This document shows positions 24,911 to 38,604 of a stretch of 64,000 bases of DNA, piece after piece; position 1 is the first letter of the stretch, and every line of letters starts with the position of its first letter. Made by a program: the position numbers and the translations under genes. Source of the stretch: Toensbergia leucococca (taxonomy: Eukaryota); assembly GCA_022813965.1 (NCBI GenBank), contig JALDZS010000004.1:186001-250000 (forward strand). The letters run 5' to 3'. Below the pieces are notes generated by a model. It was given only the letters and a program-made list of their open reading frames with translations. It ran no database searches and was not told where the DNA came from.

Positions 24911-26646
24911 TTGGCAGTCACTAGAGTAGACGAAATTTGTTACGGACCAAGGGATTGTCTGGTTCCCAATAGAATAGTATGACGGAGGAGAGAGCGCGAC
25001 GAAGGAAGTGTTCTATTTGAAAGTCTTGCCACTTCTGAAATGGAGATATGTGCCTCTTATTAGAAGTATTGAAACATTCATAGGATGTTCGCAGCTGGCT
25101 AGAAGAGAAAATTGAGGTCTTAGTGCGGCGGTAGAGGTGTTTGCGGGGATTCTCTGGCTGCGGGAGGACCCACCAATCGATCAGCTGAAGCAATTTTAAA
25201 TAAATCACTCGGGTTCTCAGTACGGTTGGGGCATTGCACTTTTCATCTCAGCTTGCTCAGATAGAATAAATATACCATACACCCCTCTTGCGCGCTGTTT
25301 CTTTCTACATTTGAGCTGGAACTTTTTCTCCCCTTCTATCGCCGGGCACCAGCCTTCGCTATCCCCACCATCGCCAAGGCATTATCATACCTATGTCCCA
25401 AATCAATTGTGATGGCCTGCAGTGACGTTAATCAACTGATCACAGGGAAGCAACCAGAAAGATTCTGCCCACGTGTCAACGTTCACGTCTACTTAAATTC
25501 TACCGGGATTGAGCCTCACAGTGGGAAGGATGAACAGAGTGGCTCAGAAGTCGGCGCAGTTGAAGTGAACGAAGGCCAGAGCATGATTACCTTTGGCATT
25601 CCACCACCAAGATCATGCAGAGAGATAGACCTCAAACACGACGGTGTTACGATGATGACGGTACCACTAATCCCAGGCTTGATGCTCTAAAGCTCTCAGA
25701 TTTTTGGATTGAAATGAACTGCCGAGCCAGAAGCTGGCTGGGGTCGCCTAAGATGTAGAGTTGAAGCCTTGATGCTGAGATGTTGAAGACGGAGAGATAG
25801 AAAATGCAGATTGAGCCAAAGGCCTAGATTAAGCCAAGCCCCAAATTCCCCATCGTGCCTCGTAAGGTGGAAGTTGAGAAGTTATTGAGAAATACGAGTG
25901 TTTGAAACTTTGGCGTCTTTGCCTCATCACATGACAATGTCATATGTCCATGGCAGAACATGCGAGTATGGTAAGGTAAGGTAATCACAGATCGACATGG
26001 ACTTCACTAATGACGCAAGGTCCAATCAGTGCCCAGTTAAAGGCCCACCAGGCCCAGACTTTAGATTTACCTACGAACCTATCCTTACTAGGTACTACCT
26101 TAGGTAGGTAGGGGCGGAGAGCTAACAATTCTGGCGAATTAGCAGGCCTATCGGTCTTATCTGCCAAATCCAATATTTCCGGCCTTGTGGTTGAAGGCTT
26201 AACTGCATGCGTGACTTACCCTCCGAAAAAGACTGATGCTGAAAGAGAGGCGATGTCCGACAATGAGAAGACAACCACTGACCGACCGCTTTCCACTCTT
26301 TGGTTGGCGGGCTCTTTAACCCAAGAGATCTGCTTATCGGCGGCGAACCCCATGCTGCCCCCAGGATGCCACTTCGCACACCTCCACCAATCCGGTTCGG
26401 GGAGCTCCATCGTGTACGAATAAAAATGCATACTAGCTGATTGGTCCTGCCTGATAAGTGCAGCTGTTCTCCGGGAACATATTTCTACCCACGAACCCTG
26501 CCTTTCTTCCTTTTTCAGTCGTGTACCTTACCTCTCCATACTAAACTGACATAATTTGACCTCTCGCGCCACTCCTGGGGTCGTTCACTTTCATCTTATT
26601 GAACCTCGTGCGGCTTTTCAAAAGTGAAGTGGGAGGATCTGTGACA

Positions 26647-28476
26647 ATGGAACACGAGAAAGAGTACGATGTTGAGACCGGCTCGCCCGTGGGAGGAGAT
26701 CGAGGTTATGGAGAAAAAGTTCCTGCCTACGCTGAGAATGGCCGTGTGTCCGCCGAAGACTTTGCCGTCGGCGATACGACATATGCCAAAATACAACGCT
26801 TTGCAGGCAAGTTCAATATCGAGCAGAGAGGGATAGAAAGGGTGCCCGAGGATGAGAGGACGGACACGAGTCTAATGAATGTGGGGACCATGGTATGATC
26901 TGTTCTCGGACATCCATGGATAGGACTCGAAGGGCTGATGATGTGGACAATAGTGGCTCGCTGCCAATATGGTCGTTTCTTCCTTTGCCATTGGTGCCCT
27001 GGCTATACCCGTATTTTACCTTGGATTCGTCGATTCCCTACTTACAATCCTCTTCATTAATATCCTCGCCATTTTCCCCGTTTGCTTCTTCTCCACATTT
27101 GGCCCCAAGTATGGTCTGCGACAAATGGTACTATCTCGGTTTTTCTTCGGTTTCTATGGCGTCAAAATCAGTATGTCTTTCTCCAGTCTCTCATTTCCTG
27201 TAGGAAGCCAGTAGTTGATATTGTACTCTTTTTCTTCTAGTTGCCATATTCAATATCCTCGCTTGCGTCGGCTGGTCCTCCGTCAACGTAATAGTCGGCG
27301 CCCAACTCCTGAACGCTGTCAATAGCTCTGTACCAGGATATGCCGGTATAATAATCATCGCAGCAGCAACGTTCTTCGTGACCCTTTTTGGCTATAAAGT
27401 CGTCCACGGTAAGATCGATACAATCTTTCGGATGAAAACTTCGGATTGACTAACGCGATTCAAAGCCTATGAATACTGGAGCTGGATTCCCTGCTTCATC
27501 GTTTTCATGATTGTCCTCGGCGAATTCGCCCACTCAGGCCAATTTAGCAATATCCCCATGGGCGTCGGCAAATCCGAAGCTGGAGCCGTCCTCAGTTTCG
27601 CAGCGAGTGTCTTCGGCTTCGGCACCGGCTGGACCAGCTACGCCGCCGACTACACCGTCTACCAACCCGCAAACTCCAATCGCATCAAAGTCTTCGCCTG
27701 GACCTTTGCCGGTCTTATCGTCCCGCTCTGCTTCACTGAGATGCTCGGTCTGGCCGTCATGACCGCCTCCATTAACACGCCCGCCTACGCGGACGGCTAC
27801 ACGGATGCCGGGATCGGGGGCTTACTCGCCGCAGTTCTCATTCCCCCCTTGGGCCGCTTCGGCCAATTCTGCCTCGTCGTGCTGGCCCTCAGCATCATTG
27901 CAAACAACTGCCCCAACATCTACAGCGTGACCTTTAGTCTGCAGGTCATGGGCCGCTGGACGGCCGCTGTGCCGCGTTTCCTCTGGACCTTTATCGGCAC
28001 AATAATCTACTGCGCCATTGCCATCCCAGGCTACTCGCACTTTGAATCCGTCCTCGAAGACTTTATGTTACTGATCGTAAGTTCTTCTCCTCCCCACTTC
28101 TCAGCCTTTACCCTCTTCCCAAAAAGAACCTCCGCTGAGACTTCAACAGGGCTACTGGCTCGCCATCTATGAAGGTATTGCCCTAACCGAGCACTTCGTC
28201 TTCAAAGCCTCCCCCCGCTTCCCCACATCCTATGACCCGGAAATCTACACCAACGCCTCGCTCCTACCCCCCGGCATCGCCGCCATCGCCGCTTTCTGCT
28301 TTGGCATCTTCGGCGCCGTCATGGGCATGTCGCAGGTGTGGTTCTTAGGCCCTATTGGCAAGCTGTGCGGTGGGCCCGAGTATGGTGGCGATATTGGGTT
28401 TCCATTGGGGTTCGCGTTTTCTGCGATTACGTATCTTGGGTTTCGGTGGTTGGAGTTGAGGCATTTTGGGCGATAG
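26647..28476 (+). CDS. NCS1-family purine-cytosine permease (Fcy2/Tpn1-like)
   Basis: Motifs IEQRGIERVPEDERTD, WLAANM, FGPKYGLRQMVLSRFFFG, WTSYAADYTVYQP, IANNCPNIYS and GGDIGF, with many TM segments. Introns ~26893-26953, 27171-27240, 27409-27465 and 28077-28150. Confidence 0.9.
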
Positions 28477-29004
28477 GGGGTGTTTTTTGTATTCCATTTT
28501 TTGGGGTGGGGGGAGATGTTATATATGTTGATATTGGGATTTTTGGTTTTCTCCTTTAATTGTATATTGTTTCTATATTACTTATATACCTATCTACCTT
28601 GAACTCCACTAATTCCCGTTTTTGACACATGTTCTACTCTAGAAACTGGTGTGTGTAACTTTATGGAAAAAATTTGCATCAGTTTTTTTGCGCGGTTACT
28701 TTCTTTTTGGATTTTTTTTTCAGGGGAGGTTTTTTGTTCTCCTTTCTCTTGATTCACAACGCAGGGTTTTTTATGGCATTGTATTGTGTTATCTTGCAAG
28801 GCGCAGGCAAAGTTGAATAGAAGTGAACAATTCTGAATTTTTTTTTTCTTTCTTCTTTCTTCTTTCTTGTCATGAACTGATCTTGTAATCCCCTAACGCG
28901 CATTCAATGGCTATAGGCCCGATGCGGACAATAGTTATAGCGCTAGAAGTTCTAGGGCGATTGATATAGAATCTGATGAAAAGCTGATGAATGGTCAGGT
29001 GTCA

Positions 29005-29388
29005 TGTCACCATACTATTAGCGTATTATGCTTATAGGGGGATCCCGCTTTCATCTCATTCTGCTTCCTTAGCAATAAGTTCTATTATGAAGCATATCAA
29101 TGATATCATTATTTCATTCATATATCAATTATCTACATTTATCTCAAAAACTGCTTTCTCTCACACATTCTTTTAAGAGATCACAAAGAGTCAATCAATG
29201 ACAGATCTCACAGGTAGCAACACTAAAATAAAAGAAAAGAAACAAAATTTAAAAAAAAAAAATTTAGAAAGTTTTTCTACCTATCAATACCTGATAGACA
29301 AAAAATTCTCAAAGTTTCAAAGTCATTGTTTAAAACCTTTCATTGTAGGTCAGTCAGACCTTATAAATGAATCATACCTTATGTGACA
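29005..29388. mobile_element. AT-rich relic, possibly a degraded solo LTR
   Basis: Abrupt AT-rich block bounded by TGTCAC...GTGACA, with an ATAAA near the right end. No target-site duplication found. Confidence 0.25.
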
Positions 29389-30167
29389 GATAATATGATA
29401 TGTGTGACGATCTCAGCCGTGAACGTTTTGTGAACTTAGCTCCCCTCACTAGTCACTTCAATTCATGCATTTTGGAGTGCATCAACGGACGGGTGGTGTG
29501 GAGGTGATTATGAGGGGTAAGACTAGGGTGTTGAGGACGCTTTTTTCTGCAAAATGTTTGAATGAGGGGGAAGGTTGTTGCGAGGATATGAGATGGGATG
29601 GGAGGTGTGATAGGAGCGGAATTGAGAGCTTTGTTGGGGTTGGAGGGGAGGCCGGGGCCGGGGAAAGTGAACATTGTGATATGTGACATTCAGCAGGGTC
29701 GAAATTCGCAGTTTGTGAATTGTATTTCTTTTTCCAAACAACTATTTGACGGCTCTATAAATGTGCGTTTGACCATCAGTATGTTTGCTTGGTGAATGCC
29801 GCGGTACCGTTTCTATAGGTACGTGTGCTTTGCCTATAGAGATGTGGAGTGAATTTTCAGCAGTGAAAATTGTTGTTTATTGTGGGCAGTTGGACCCACG
29901 TCTGAGTAGCTGTTATTGCAGCTGTTAAGAACTCCTCGTAATTAGTGGACACTGGCGTGGAAGCCGGAGATTTGAAGGTCGACGGCCACCAATTTCTGTC
30001 ACTATGGTGAGCCCTTGCTCCGGAGATGGTGGGCGGAGGGGCGTCGAAAGCCCTCCAAACTTAGGCCGAGAGCCTAGAGGTTTGTTATGACTCGAAATTA
30101 TCCTCGTTCAATCCCTACAACCGGAACGTAATCAGCCCACCAAATGCATCAGTTTTCAGGCCAAAAC

Positions 30168-31529
30168 CTACCAGTCATGCTCCACCCTCCACTCATCTCC
30201 TGCCCCCAATCCCGCCTGCCTAAGCTCACAATCCTTGTGGCCCCACTTCTCGGCATAAATCTGGCCTCCAAGCTCAATTGTCATCTGCAGCGCCTGCTCA
30301 AAACCATCTGGGTCGCGATAAAACGGCTCGCCTTGCCCACCGGTCTGCCTTGTCTGCCACGAGTTCCGAACAAGCTTCCCGTGCACCTTCTCTTCCACCA
30401 TGGCTTTGAGCTCAACTTGCGTGTCTTTCCAGTAAAGGCTGCCTAGCGAGTCTTCCTCCATACCTGTGGAGTAGGCTTCAGAGAATACTTCTGCACTGCG
30501 GTGGGTTGAATTGGCTTCATCAGCGCTACTTGCGTCTTCAGCCAGTATTGGTTTTCGTCGGTATAGGACCTTCAAGTCTGGTATGGATTCACCTAGATCG
30601 TAGATGAGACCGGCATCTGCAATTGCCGCTTTATATCCGGCCATATTTAAGCGTGAATGCATATCACAATCGGTGATGTAGTAAGGAATCATTGTATCCC
30701 AGCCTCCAATCTCAACGAATGTTTGAACGTTCACGAGGGCTAGCCAGTCATATGCAAAGAAGCGAAGAGACCATTTGCCATTGAATTTTTCTTCATTTAC
30801 GAAATCTGGAGCCAGAGTTTCTCTCAATGTATCGACTACTCTTAGGTATAGTGATTTATAAGGCCGTTCTTCCTCAGAGGACTGTACAAGAACATCCATG
30901 TGAGACCAGAAGTAGTAGGATTGGTTTTTGTTGACGGCCTCGGAAAGATAAAAATTCTGCAACTGGGAAAAGGTGAGAAGTGTGGGAGTTGTGATGACGT
31001 TGACGCCGAAAACTTCGGTCAGGCGACGGTAATCCATATAGAATGGATTCTGCAGAGTGAGACGACCATGCTTGTTGGAATTCAAGGTTCCTGTATTCTC
31101 CACAACATATATATCCTCTGGCGGCCAGCCGGCGGTTATGTAGCTCACTACTGCTTGCTGTAGCAAGGGCCAGCTTCTTGTGAAGCCGATAAATAAGGGC
31201 GTTTCTTCTGGAACGTGTGGGCTTGGTGGTTTGTTCCACGAAGGAATTGGTGGTAGATCCAGTGGAGACTTGGCATTGGCGGCCAAAGGGAAGTGTTCAA
31301 TGATGGGTGGAATAGGGTCACGAGTGACGTTCTTGTAAAGTGGATGTCTGCGTAGTGGTTGAGGTTCTTCGGGTGGTATAGGATCTTCGGGAGGTATAGG
31401 TTCGACGTTGATAGCGATTTCAGGTTGTTGGTCATCGCGCCAAAGACGTAGGAACAAGAAAGTCAGGACGATAGTGATTAGACCAATGCTGAAAAAGGCA
31501 TAACGAGACTTCAGATGCGATGTCAACAT
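30168..31529 (-). CDS. Type II membrane protein, putative glycosyltransferase-like
   Basis: Intronless 453-aa ORF with an N-terminal signal-anchor, Pro-rich stem, and conserved-looking blocks PLFIGFTRSWPLLQQAVVSYITAGWPPEDIYVVENTG and GGWDTMIPYYITDCD. The function is inferred. Confidence 0.7.
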   Translation of the reverse strand: MLTSHLKSRYAFFSIGLITIVLTFLFLRLWRDDQQPEIAINVEPIPPEDPIPPEEPQPLRRHPLYKNVTRDPIPPIIEHFPLAANAKSPLDLPPIPSWNKPPSPHVPEETPLFIGFTRSWPLLQQAVVSYITAGWPPEDIYVVENTGTLNSNKHGRLTLQNPFYMDYRRLTEVFGVNVITTPTLLTFSQLQNFYLSEAVNKNQSYYFWSHMDVLVQSSEEERPYKSLYLRVVDTLRETLAPDFVNEEKFNGKWSLRFFAYDWLALVNVQTFVEIGGWDTMIPYYITDCDMHSRLNMAGYKAAIADAGLIYDLGESIPDLKVLYRRKPILAEDASSADEANSTHRSAEVFSEAYSTGMEEDSLGSLYWKDTQVELKAMVEEKVHGKLVRNSWQTRQTGGQGEPFYRDPDGFEQALQMTIELGGQIYAEKWGHKDCELRQAGLGAGDEWRVEHDW

Positions 31530-33403
31530 TTTCTCGGGGTGATTCTTCTTGCTCAGGACCCGTAGACAAAGTATAGACGCAGACTCTGTATCGGCTGGTG
31601 ACGTGGAGTTCTCAATTGTGCAGACATATGCTTCATTCTGAGATTGGCAATTGGTAGTAGCTATTCAACGCGCGTTCATAATGGATTTGGAGGCACGATA
31701 CTCGAAGCTAAGAATACCCTTCTCTCGTTTCTCTCTTCGACTCAGGGGAGGGGCAGTGCATTGGATTGGATTGGATGGTGGTACGAACGAAAAGGGTTTC
31801 AGTCAGGTCAGACAAGGGAATACTTTGATATAGCATAAGAGTATTGAAATTACTTGATGTGAATCCTGTTTGGTAGTGGCGTGCAGCGGGTATTAGCTTG
31901 CGCCACATGTTGTGCAACTTCGACCTCTTTCCACTTTGCCAAGCCACCTCGGCCTCCTCCAATTCTTCTCCGACGGCATAAACACGTGTAACTTGCGCAG
32001 GTACCAGTACCACAATCATGACGATTGCGACAACACAACCAGAGCTACACTATGTGCGAGTATCAGATTGTGTGTTCAGATGGGGGAGCACTCGTCTGTC
32101 ATCTCGAACGTGGATGAGCAAGGCTCTCCATCCCGCCTCTCCTTTTCTGCTGCTTTCTGCCGCTTTCTGCCGCTTTCTGCCGCACCTCTCGCAAGCCGCT
32201 ATCAATCAGTTCGGTTAGACCGTTGGATACCAAGACGCCAGCTTATCTGAGCCACATCCCCGCCATTTCGTTGCCGGATCGAGACGGTAGTAGAGCATCA
32301 GTCAATCGTTCAAACCATCGATGCGAGGCTAGCAGTAGAAGGGTCTTGTGCTCAATTCTTTGTGCATCCAGACTCGACATGCGCAGTGCTGCACCTCGTG
32401 AAAATTCTCCAAACCTGCTTGATCATGGTCCCTCAATCTGCGAGCAATACCGTTGCCTACCTACTCAATTTCTCTAGGAAATGAAGCGTGGAATCAGACC
32501 CTTTTGAAACACATGCTTGTCTGCCTAATCTCTCAAGTTCCAGCCTATCCAAAGTCGTATATGATATTGGATCGCTCAAGGCATACCTACATATCAGTAT
32601 CTCTTGGCGGAATCCGGCGATGAACAGTGCTTGTCTCTAACCCTATTCAGATCCTGCGAATGCTGGGTAGAACAAGGTACCTAGTTAGACTTGGACACTC
32701 TCAAAATCTGATGCCACTGGATCTACGAAAATAGCATCATAAATTTCTATCTGCTAATCTGAACAAAGGTCTACTTGTTGAGAATTGTCCTTCTGGAGTA
32801 ATTGGAAAGATACTTGACGTGGAAAAGATGATATATTCAAAGAAAAAATCCTAAGAAACCAACGACTCAGACCAAACCAACGCCATCTGGCCCGACAAGA
32901 TGCAAGCCCTACCCATTCGAAAAAAAATCCTTCAATAAAGTCATGACGATCATGTTTCCCAGACCCATAGCTAAATTACCAAGCAGGAACAACTTGAAAA
33001 AATAAAAGATTGTTTGTCTACTTCTGTTGTCGTTGTTGATGGTGGGGGACGCTTGGCTGCGATTCTGCTTTGCTGGTTGTAGTGGTTCCAGAATTCTGGT
33101 GCTCTGGTATCTTGGGGTTTTGCGTTTGATGGGTAGGCTTGATGAAGTCAGTTGGCTGCTTCGAATAGATGTGAGGCGGATAACTTCTCGACTGGCTCGG
33201 GTGGAATTGATGTGGAATCAACGTGGCTCTGAGCCACGCTTTTCATCATTGTGGTCTTCAACAGAAGAGTTGCACTGTCAGGGGGTAACAGTGAGAAGCA
33301 TCCACTCATTCATCACCAGCGAGGACCCTCGAGGTATCTACCAGTCCTGGGATGAGCCCTGAATCCCCCAAAAGGCCGAGAGACCGACAACGGGATTCTC
33401 CTC

Positions 33404-36400
33404 TCACCCAATAAAAGCAGCTTCCTCGCTGCCCCAATTCGGCAAGCCACCGTCTCTCAACTTCTCCCTTCTTCCCCGATAGAACCTCTCCAAACATGCT
33501 CTCCTCTGCGCCTGCGTCCACCCCTCCACCACAAGCGCAAATTCAATTGCATCCGCAAATCCAAACTCCCTTGCCATGGTGCAAAATTGCCTCTTCATGA
33601 CCTCTGGCGGCGGACGATACCTCCACTCCACTTCCTCTCCTCCCTCACTGTTCTCATCATCATCTCCTCCCACCTCGCCATTCCGCCTCAAGACACCACT
33701 GCGCTGTTCCTGGGTATTGGCAAAGACATGCTGCTCGCCCATGTCGATGTCGTTGCCGGCTTCTTGGGCGCGCCGACTGAGCGAGGCTTCTACTTTGGAA
33801 GAGCCGATTACTTCGCTGTTTTCGTGTGTGTATTCTACGCCAGCGCCAGCGAGGATGGCTTGCACGGGGTCAGTTTTTATGGGTGCGGTCTTAGGTTTGC
33901 CTCGTTTTTTGCTAGGGGGATCGTCGGATTCTCCGGCGACAATGGCGGCGAGTTGGCTCATGGCGCTGTCCTCTTCTTGTCCGCCTGCTAGGAGGGGGTC
34001 ATCTTCGTCTCTATTGTCGGGGTCATCGAGGTTCAGATCGACGACTGCGACCCCCGCTTTCGATTCGGCGACATTGGTCTTGTTGACAATGTCACGGAGA
34101 ACGATGTTGTCGCCTTGAAAGGCAAAGAGGTTTGCCAGGCCGAAGATTTCGCCTTTCTGTTCCTTTTTTTCTTGGACGCCTTTAAAGTATCTTCGTTCGT
34201 TGCTGGCGGTGTAAACAATATTGGCTTGTTGCTGTTTATAGATTTGTCGTGCGTAAACAATTTCTTCTATTGTGCCTGCGGAGACCAGTCGAAACACTTC
34301 GACGTCCCGGACCTGGCCGATGCGGTAGGCGCGGTCTTGAGCTTGGAGATCGTAGGAAGGATTCCAGTTCGGGTCTACAATGACAACTTTATTCGCGGAG
34401 GTGATGTTGAGGCCTACGCCTCCTGCTTTTGTTGAGATGAGAAAGACAAATTGGCCGGGATCGCTGTTGAAATCGTCGACTGTGTTGGCGCGGTCTTCAT
34501 AAGACATGGCACCATCAAGATAAGAGACATTGTACGAGGTGTGATTGAAGAGCATTTGCAGCATCTTGAGCAGACGAACACTATGAGAGAAGACGAGCAC
34601 TTTGTCGCCATTGCCATGCCAGAACCGCAACAATTTCTTGAGGATTTTCCATTTTCCACAGAATTCTGGATTGGAATAATTGAGAATGGAATCACGATTG
34701 CAGTAGAGATGACGCCACTGATCAGGAAGTGCGACTTGAAGAGTCTCAAGATCTTTGTCCTGTTTCTCCTGCGGATCAGTACCCTGCGGGATGAGTATGG
34801 CAAGGTGATTACTGAGCTTTTGGAGATTGGAAATGGCTGGGAAGACGTAGGATTGCCATTTCCCACCATTTGGCAGAAACATGTTGTGACACCAGCCCGA
34901 CTTCTTTTTAGAACCACAAAGGCAGGGCTCCGAGGATGTCTTGATAAAATGGATGACATCGCTGTCAAGACAATTCTCATAAGCCTCGGCTTGGGTTTCA
35001 GTAAGAGGACAGAAAACAACGCGGTCACTTTTCTTTGGAAGTTGGTGGGCAATGAGGGTTTTCATCCGGCGAAGAAAAAATTGAGGAAGGAGATTCTCGA
35101 CAAGAGCTTTGGCAGTCTTTCTTGCCTTGCTTAGCTGATAGATTGTGGCATCGTGAGACTGTCCCATCTTGAGAGGTTCACTGATGGTAGTCTTCCAGGT
35201 TGAAATGGGTCCAAATTTACCTGGATTTGTCCAGTTTAGAAGAGTCCAAAGCTCATCGTACGAATTCTGTATTGCTGTACCGGTTAATCCTATCCTACAT
35301 AGAGCATTAACTTCATTCAAGGCCTGGGTAGTCTCAGAACTTCGGCCTTTAATTGTGTGACACTCATCAGCTATAATACAGTCCCATTCGACCATGTTGA
35401 TGGCACTCTTGTTTAGCCTATACGTCGAATACGTAGTAATCATGATTTCTGTTCGACCAGTAATGGCAGCTTGGATGGCCGACTCCCTCGTATCGCCATG
35501 ATAAACATCGACATGCCACCATCCCCAACGCTCCAGCTCGTTCTTCCAATTCTGAATCAGAGTCCCGGGACATACCACGAGAACTCGGGGATACCATGCT
35601 GCTCCAGCTCTTCGCATTTTCCGCATACGCTTTGCGTCTCGTTCATCTCCAGTCTTTCCAAATGCTGCAGCGAGGAACGCAATCACCTGTACCGTCTTTC
35701 CCAAACCCATGTCATCGCCCAGAATGCCCCCGGTCTGATATACAAAGAGGTTGTGCAAGAACACAACGCCTTCAATTTGGTAATCTCGAAGCCACTGTGC
35801 GATAGGCGCCGGGACCAATCCAAGAGAGCAGGTCAGTTGTATGTCTTTGTATTTCGCGCAAGGCCTGGCCTTTGGGAAAATAGGCCTCTCCATAAGTTGC
35901 TCCAGTCGATCGTCATCTGAAAAGTCAATGTTCTCATAATTTGGCGGTAGTCTCAGTCCAGCATCCTTCAAAGCCTCCATTCGCCGGTCGAAATTTACAC
36001 GCCTGCTCTGTAGGTAATCGGGGAGAGTGTACTCCATCATATCATCAGAATCGTCCCCATAATCCCTCGGCTTCGTACCTGGATCCTTCTTTACATCACC
36101 CTTTTTCTTAGACCTCTTTCCCACAACGGGTTCATTTTCTACGGCTCTGGCTTTTCGATTACTGGAAGCTACTCTCTTCCTCTTGACAGATTTGCGGTTC
36201 TTGAATTGGGCGTAGGCTTGCTTGCTATCTTCTTCGGACCAATCTACCTTCTGACCTTCACCCTGAACATTGTGCATTCGCGGCCTACCTCCATCGTTGT
36301 TCTTCTCGCTAGAATCGGATTCACTCTCTGAAATATGGCTGGTGACGTCTGTATTCAACTCTCAGCTTGGTACATATGCTCTTGATTGATGTGACTAGTC

Positions 36401-36498
36401 TTACTATCAATATACTCATCCAAGCCCAGGGCCCTTTTCGTAGCTTTGGTGATGTCCAAATTATCATCACTACTCGTCATATCCTGCTCGTCGTCCAT
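33404..36498 (-). CDS. SNF2-family ATPase, ERCC6L2/Rad26-like; exons 36498-36405 and 36348-33404
   Basis: Helicase motifs LGDDMGLGKT, DECH, GLTGTAIQN, STKAGGVGLN and QAQDRAYRIGQ; C-terminal YTHENSEVIGSSK motif characteristic of ERCC6L2-like proteins. A 56-nt intron links an upstream ATG exon in frame. Confidence 0.9.
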
Positions 36499-37232
36499 GG
36501 CTGGAGTGAAATGGATAATCGTACTCCGTACATCTGCGGGAGTTGCAGTGTGACGTGACGAGGGGTACTTCGGAAATTTGAGTCGCGAGATCACGAGGTC
36601 TCCTGGCATTTCGGTGCTTTAGATTTTCCTCCCTTGATAGAGCTTTCGCCGACTTTCACCCCCTTGCCCTTGCTGTATCGACTGTCCCATTGTCTCCGCT
36701 ACAACGCTGGGAAATAATCGTTCGCGAGCAATCACCTTCGATCTTTTTGTTCTTGGCTGCAATGGTCTCTAGGCTCCGCTGCCAGCCTCTAGAATAATTC
36801 TAGACTTAGTCGGTGGACTCCGAGACAGCATATCAATGGCAAGAAGCAAGAAGATGAATTCATAACAGACCAGGTCAAACCACAACCGCTTTTCGGAGAA
36901 GGCCGAAATAGAAAATGGGCAGCTGATATTCTATCATTGAGATTGGTACAGAGGACGTCGGCCGGCCGTCAGTATCGTTGTGTGGGAATGGTGACGGTTG
37001 GTCGGCTTGATGATCAGCATGGATTCCGTTGCTGAGCATTAAGACATCAAGTGCGCAGTGGAGCTCGACGAAGCAGGGAAGAAGACTGAGACTGATTTCC
37101 TGATAAGATTCCGGCTGACACCAATACACTGACTTCTGGACATACTTCCTCCCCTCGAAAGTAAAGAAGTGTCTAGACGAGGCACAATCGGTACAAAAGG
37201 TATCCCTTCTGGCGAATACCTGATGCCAGACG

Positions 37233-37317
37233 TCTCATGAAACTCCTCGACGTTTGCATCTCATGAAACTCCTCGACGTTTGCATCTCATGAAACTCCTC
37301 GACGTTTGCATCTCATG
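37233..37317. repeat. Perfect tandem repeat, 26-bp unit TCTCATGAAACTCCTCGACGTTTGCA x3.3
   Basis: Three identical head-to-tail copies plus a 7-bp partial copy, with no spacers. Confidence 0.95.
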
Positions 37318-37577
37318 TAATTGTGATTACACACCCTGTGTCTTCGAGTGCAATTTCAACCACCAAGCTCCATTCAATTTGCTATCTTACAATAATCCGA
37401 AGCGCACAATCACCACTCGTTCAGTACGAGAGCAACCAGTCCATCTCTCCGATCAGCGCATTGACCGAATGCCAACCATGAACCCTTCCATCTTCTCCAA
37501 ATAAGCTCACCCACGAAACGAGTTTCACAAAACATGCCCCTTTCACCCTCTCCAGCGCCTTCAGCACCCCTTCGACT

Positions 37578-38012
37578 TCAGCCTCCCTTCGACTTCAACG
37601 CATCAGCCCCCCTCACCCTCCTAACTTCTAGCCACCCCCCAAGCACCGTCCCGAAAAGCAACGCCCCAAACCCCCAACCTTGCGGAAACCCCTCCCCAAA
37701 CTCGGGATCCGTCCCTTTACTCCCAGGGTAGAAAATAGCACTAAGCCCCGTCGCCCAATATAGGCTTCCCACCAGCGTAGCCATACGCGCTGAATCCACC
37801 GCCTGCTCAACGCTGCTCACTTTCCGAAAAGCATAGTAGAGAGTAGCGAGTCCCAGAGAGGCGCCCATGGACATGGTTTGGCCGTTGTGGAATCTAGCGT
37901 GCGGTGGCCAGCGCGGGTTGAGGACGTGGGTCTCGTTGAAGTCGGCGAGGAAGGCGCCGAGGCTTACGCTAAGGGCTGAGATGGTAAAGAGGATCTGGCC
38001 AAGGGAGATCAT
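37578..38012 (-). CDS. Small membrane protein, DUF6640-like
   Basis: 144-aa ORF with four hydrophobic segments and the motif ADFNETHVLNPRWPPHARFHNGQTM. Confidence 0.75.
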   Translation of the reverse strand: MISLGQILFTISALSVSLGAFLADFNETHVLNPRWPPHARFHNGQTMSMGASLGLATLYYAFRKVSSVEQAVDSARMATLVGSLYWATGLSAIFYPGSKGTDPEFGEGFPQGWGFGALLFGTVLGGWLEVRRVRGADALKSKGG

Positions 38013-38604
38013 TCTGCTGTGGTTTGATTGGGTAGTCGGGTGGAGGCAAAGCGAAAATTCGAATTCTCGTAAGTTTTTTGCGGATATGCCTTACTTTCTA
38101 AGGGCTTGCGGAACTCGACGGGTGAGGATTGATGGGAATGGATAGATTTTGATGGGACTTTGATCCATAGACGTTCAGATTCTTAAGAAATTAGACATCT
38201 CCTCCATGAATATATACTCACCCCATCCCGTACCCCTAAGCTACTATGCTGGAGCAATGACTCGTAAGCGAAGCTTTACTAGCGGGGTTTGTCATCAATC
38301 CTCGCGTTACGGACTGTCGGAGTCCGAGGGGTCCCTCTTCCAAGTTCCGACATCCGTTGTAGAAATGCGCAACGATCACGGAAGAAGAGTGCCGTCGATA
38401 AATGTATCTTGCTTGAGTCTTGAGATGGCAAAATAATGTTTCGCTGTTGGTGTCGTAGTTGGGTCCGAAAGGTGGAGCTGCACCAGAATAGGTGGCGAGA
38501 ATTGAGTATGAACCTCGAATCATGTAGCCGATGAACTAATTGTGCCAAGGTATGATCATTTCATCATTTCATCCGAATCCTCCCCACGAAAGGTTTCACC
38601 TTTA

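Noticed and set aside
25300..26640. TPP riboswitch in the permease leader
   Set aside because: An isolated GCTGAGA is present, but the downstream aptamer core (TGATC...TAAT...GCG..GGA) is not.
33576..35920. Long + strand ORFs opposite the SNF2 gene (and similar antisense ORFs over UGP1, ENT3, the SDR and HMG1)
   Set aside because: Shadow ORFs caused by codon bias of the real genes, with no recognisable domains.
37233..37317. 26-bp repeats as a CRISPR array
   Set aside because: No spacers, eukaryotic context and no cas genes; this is a simple tandem duplication.
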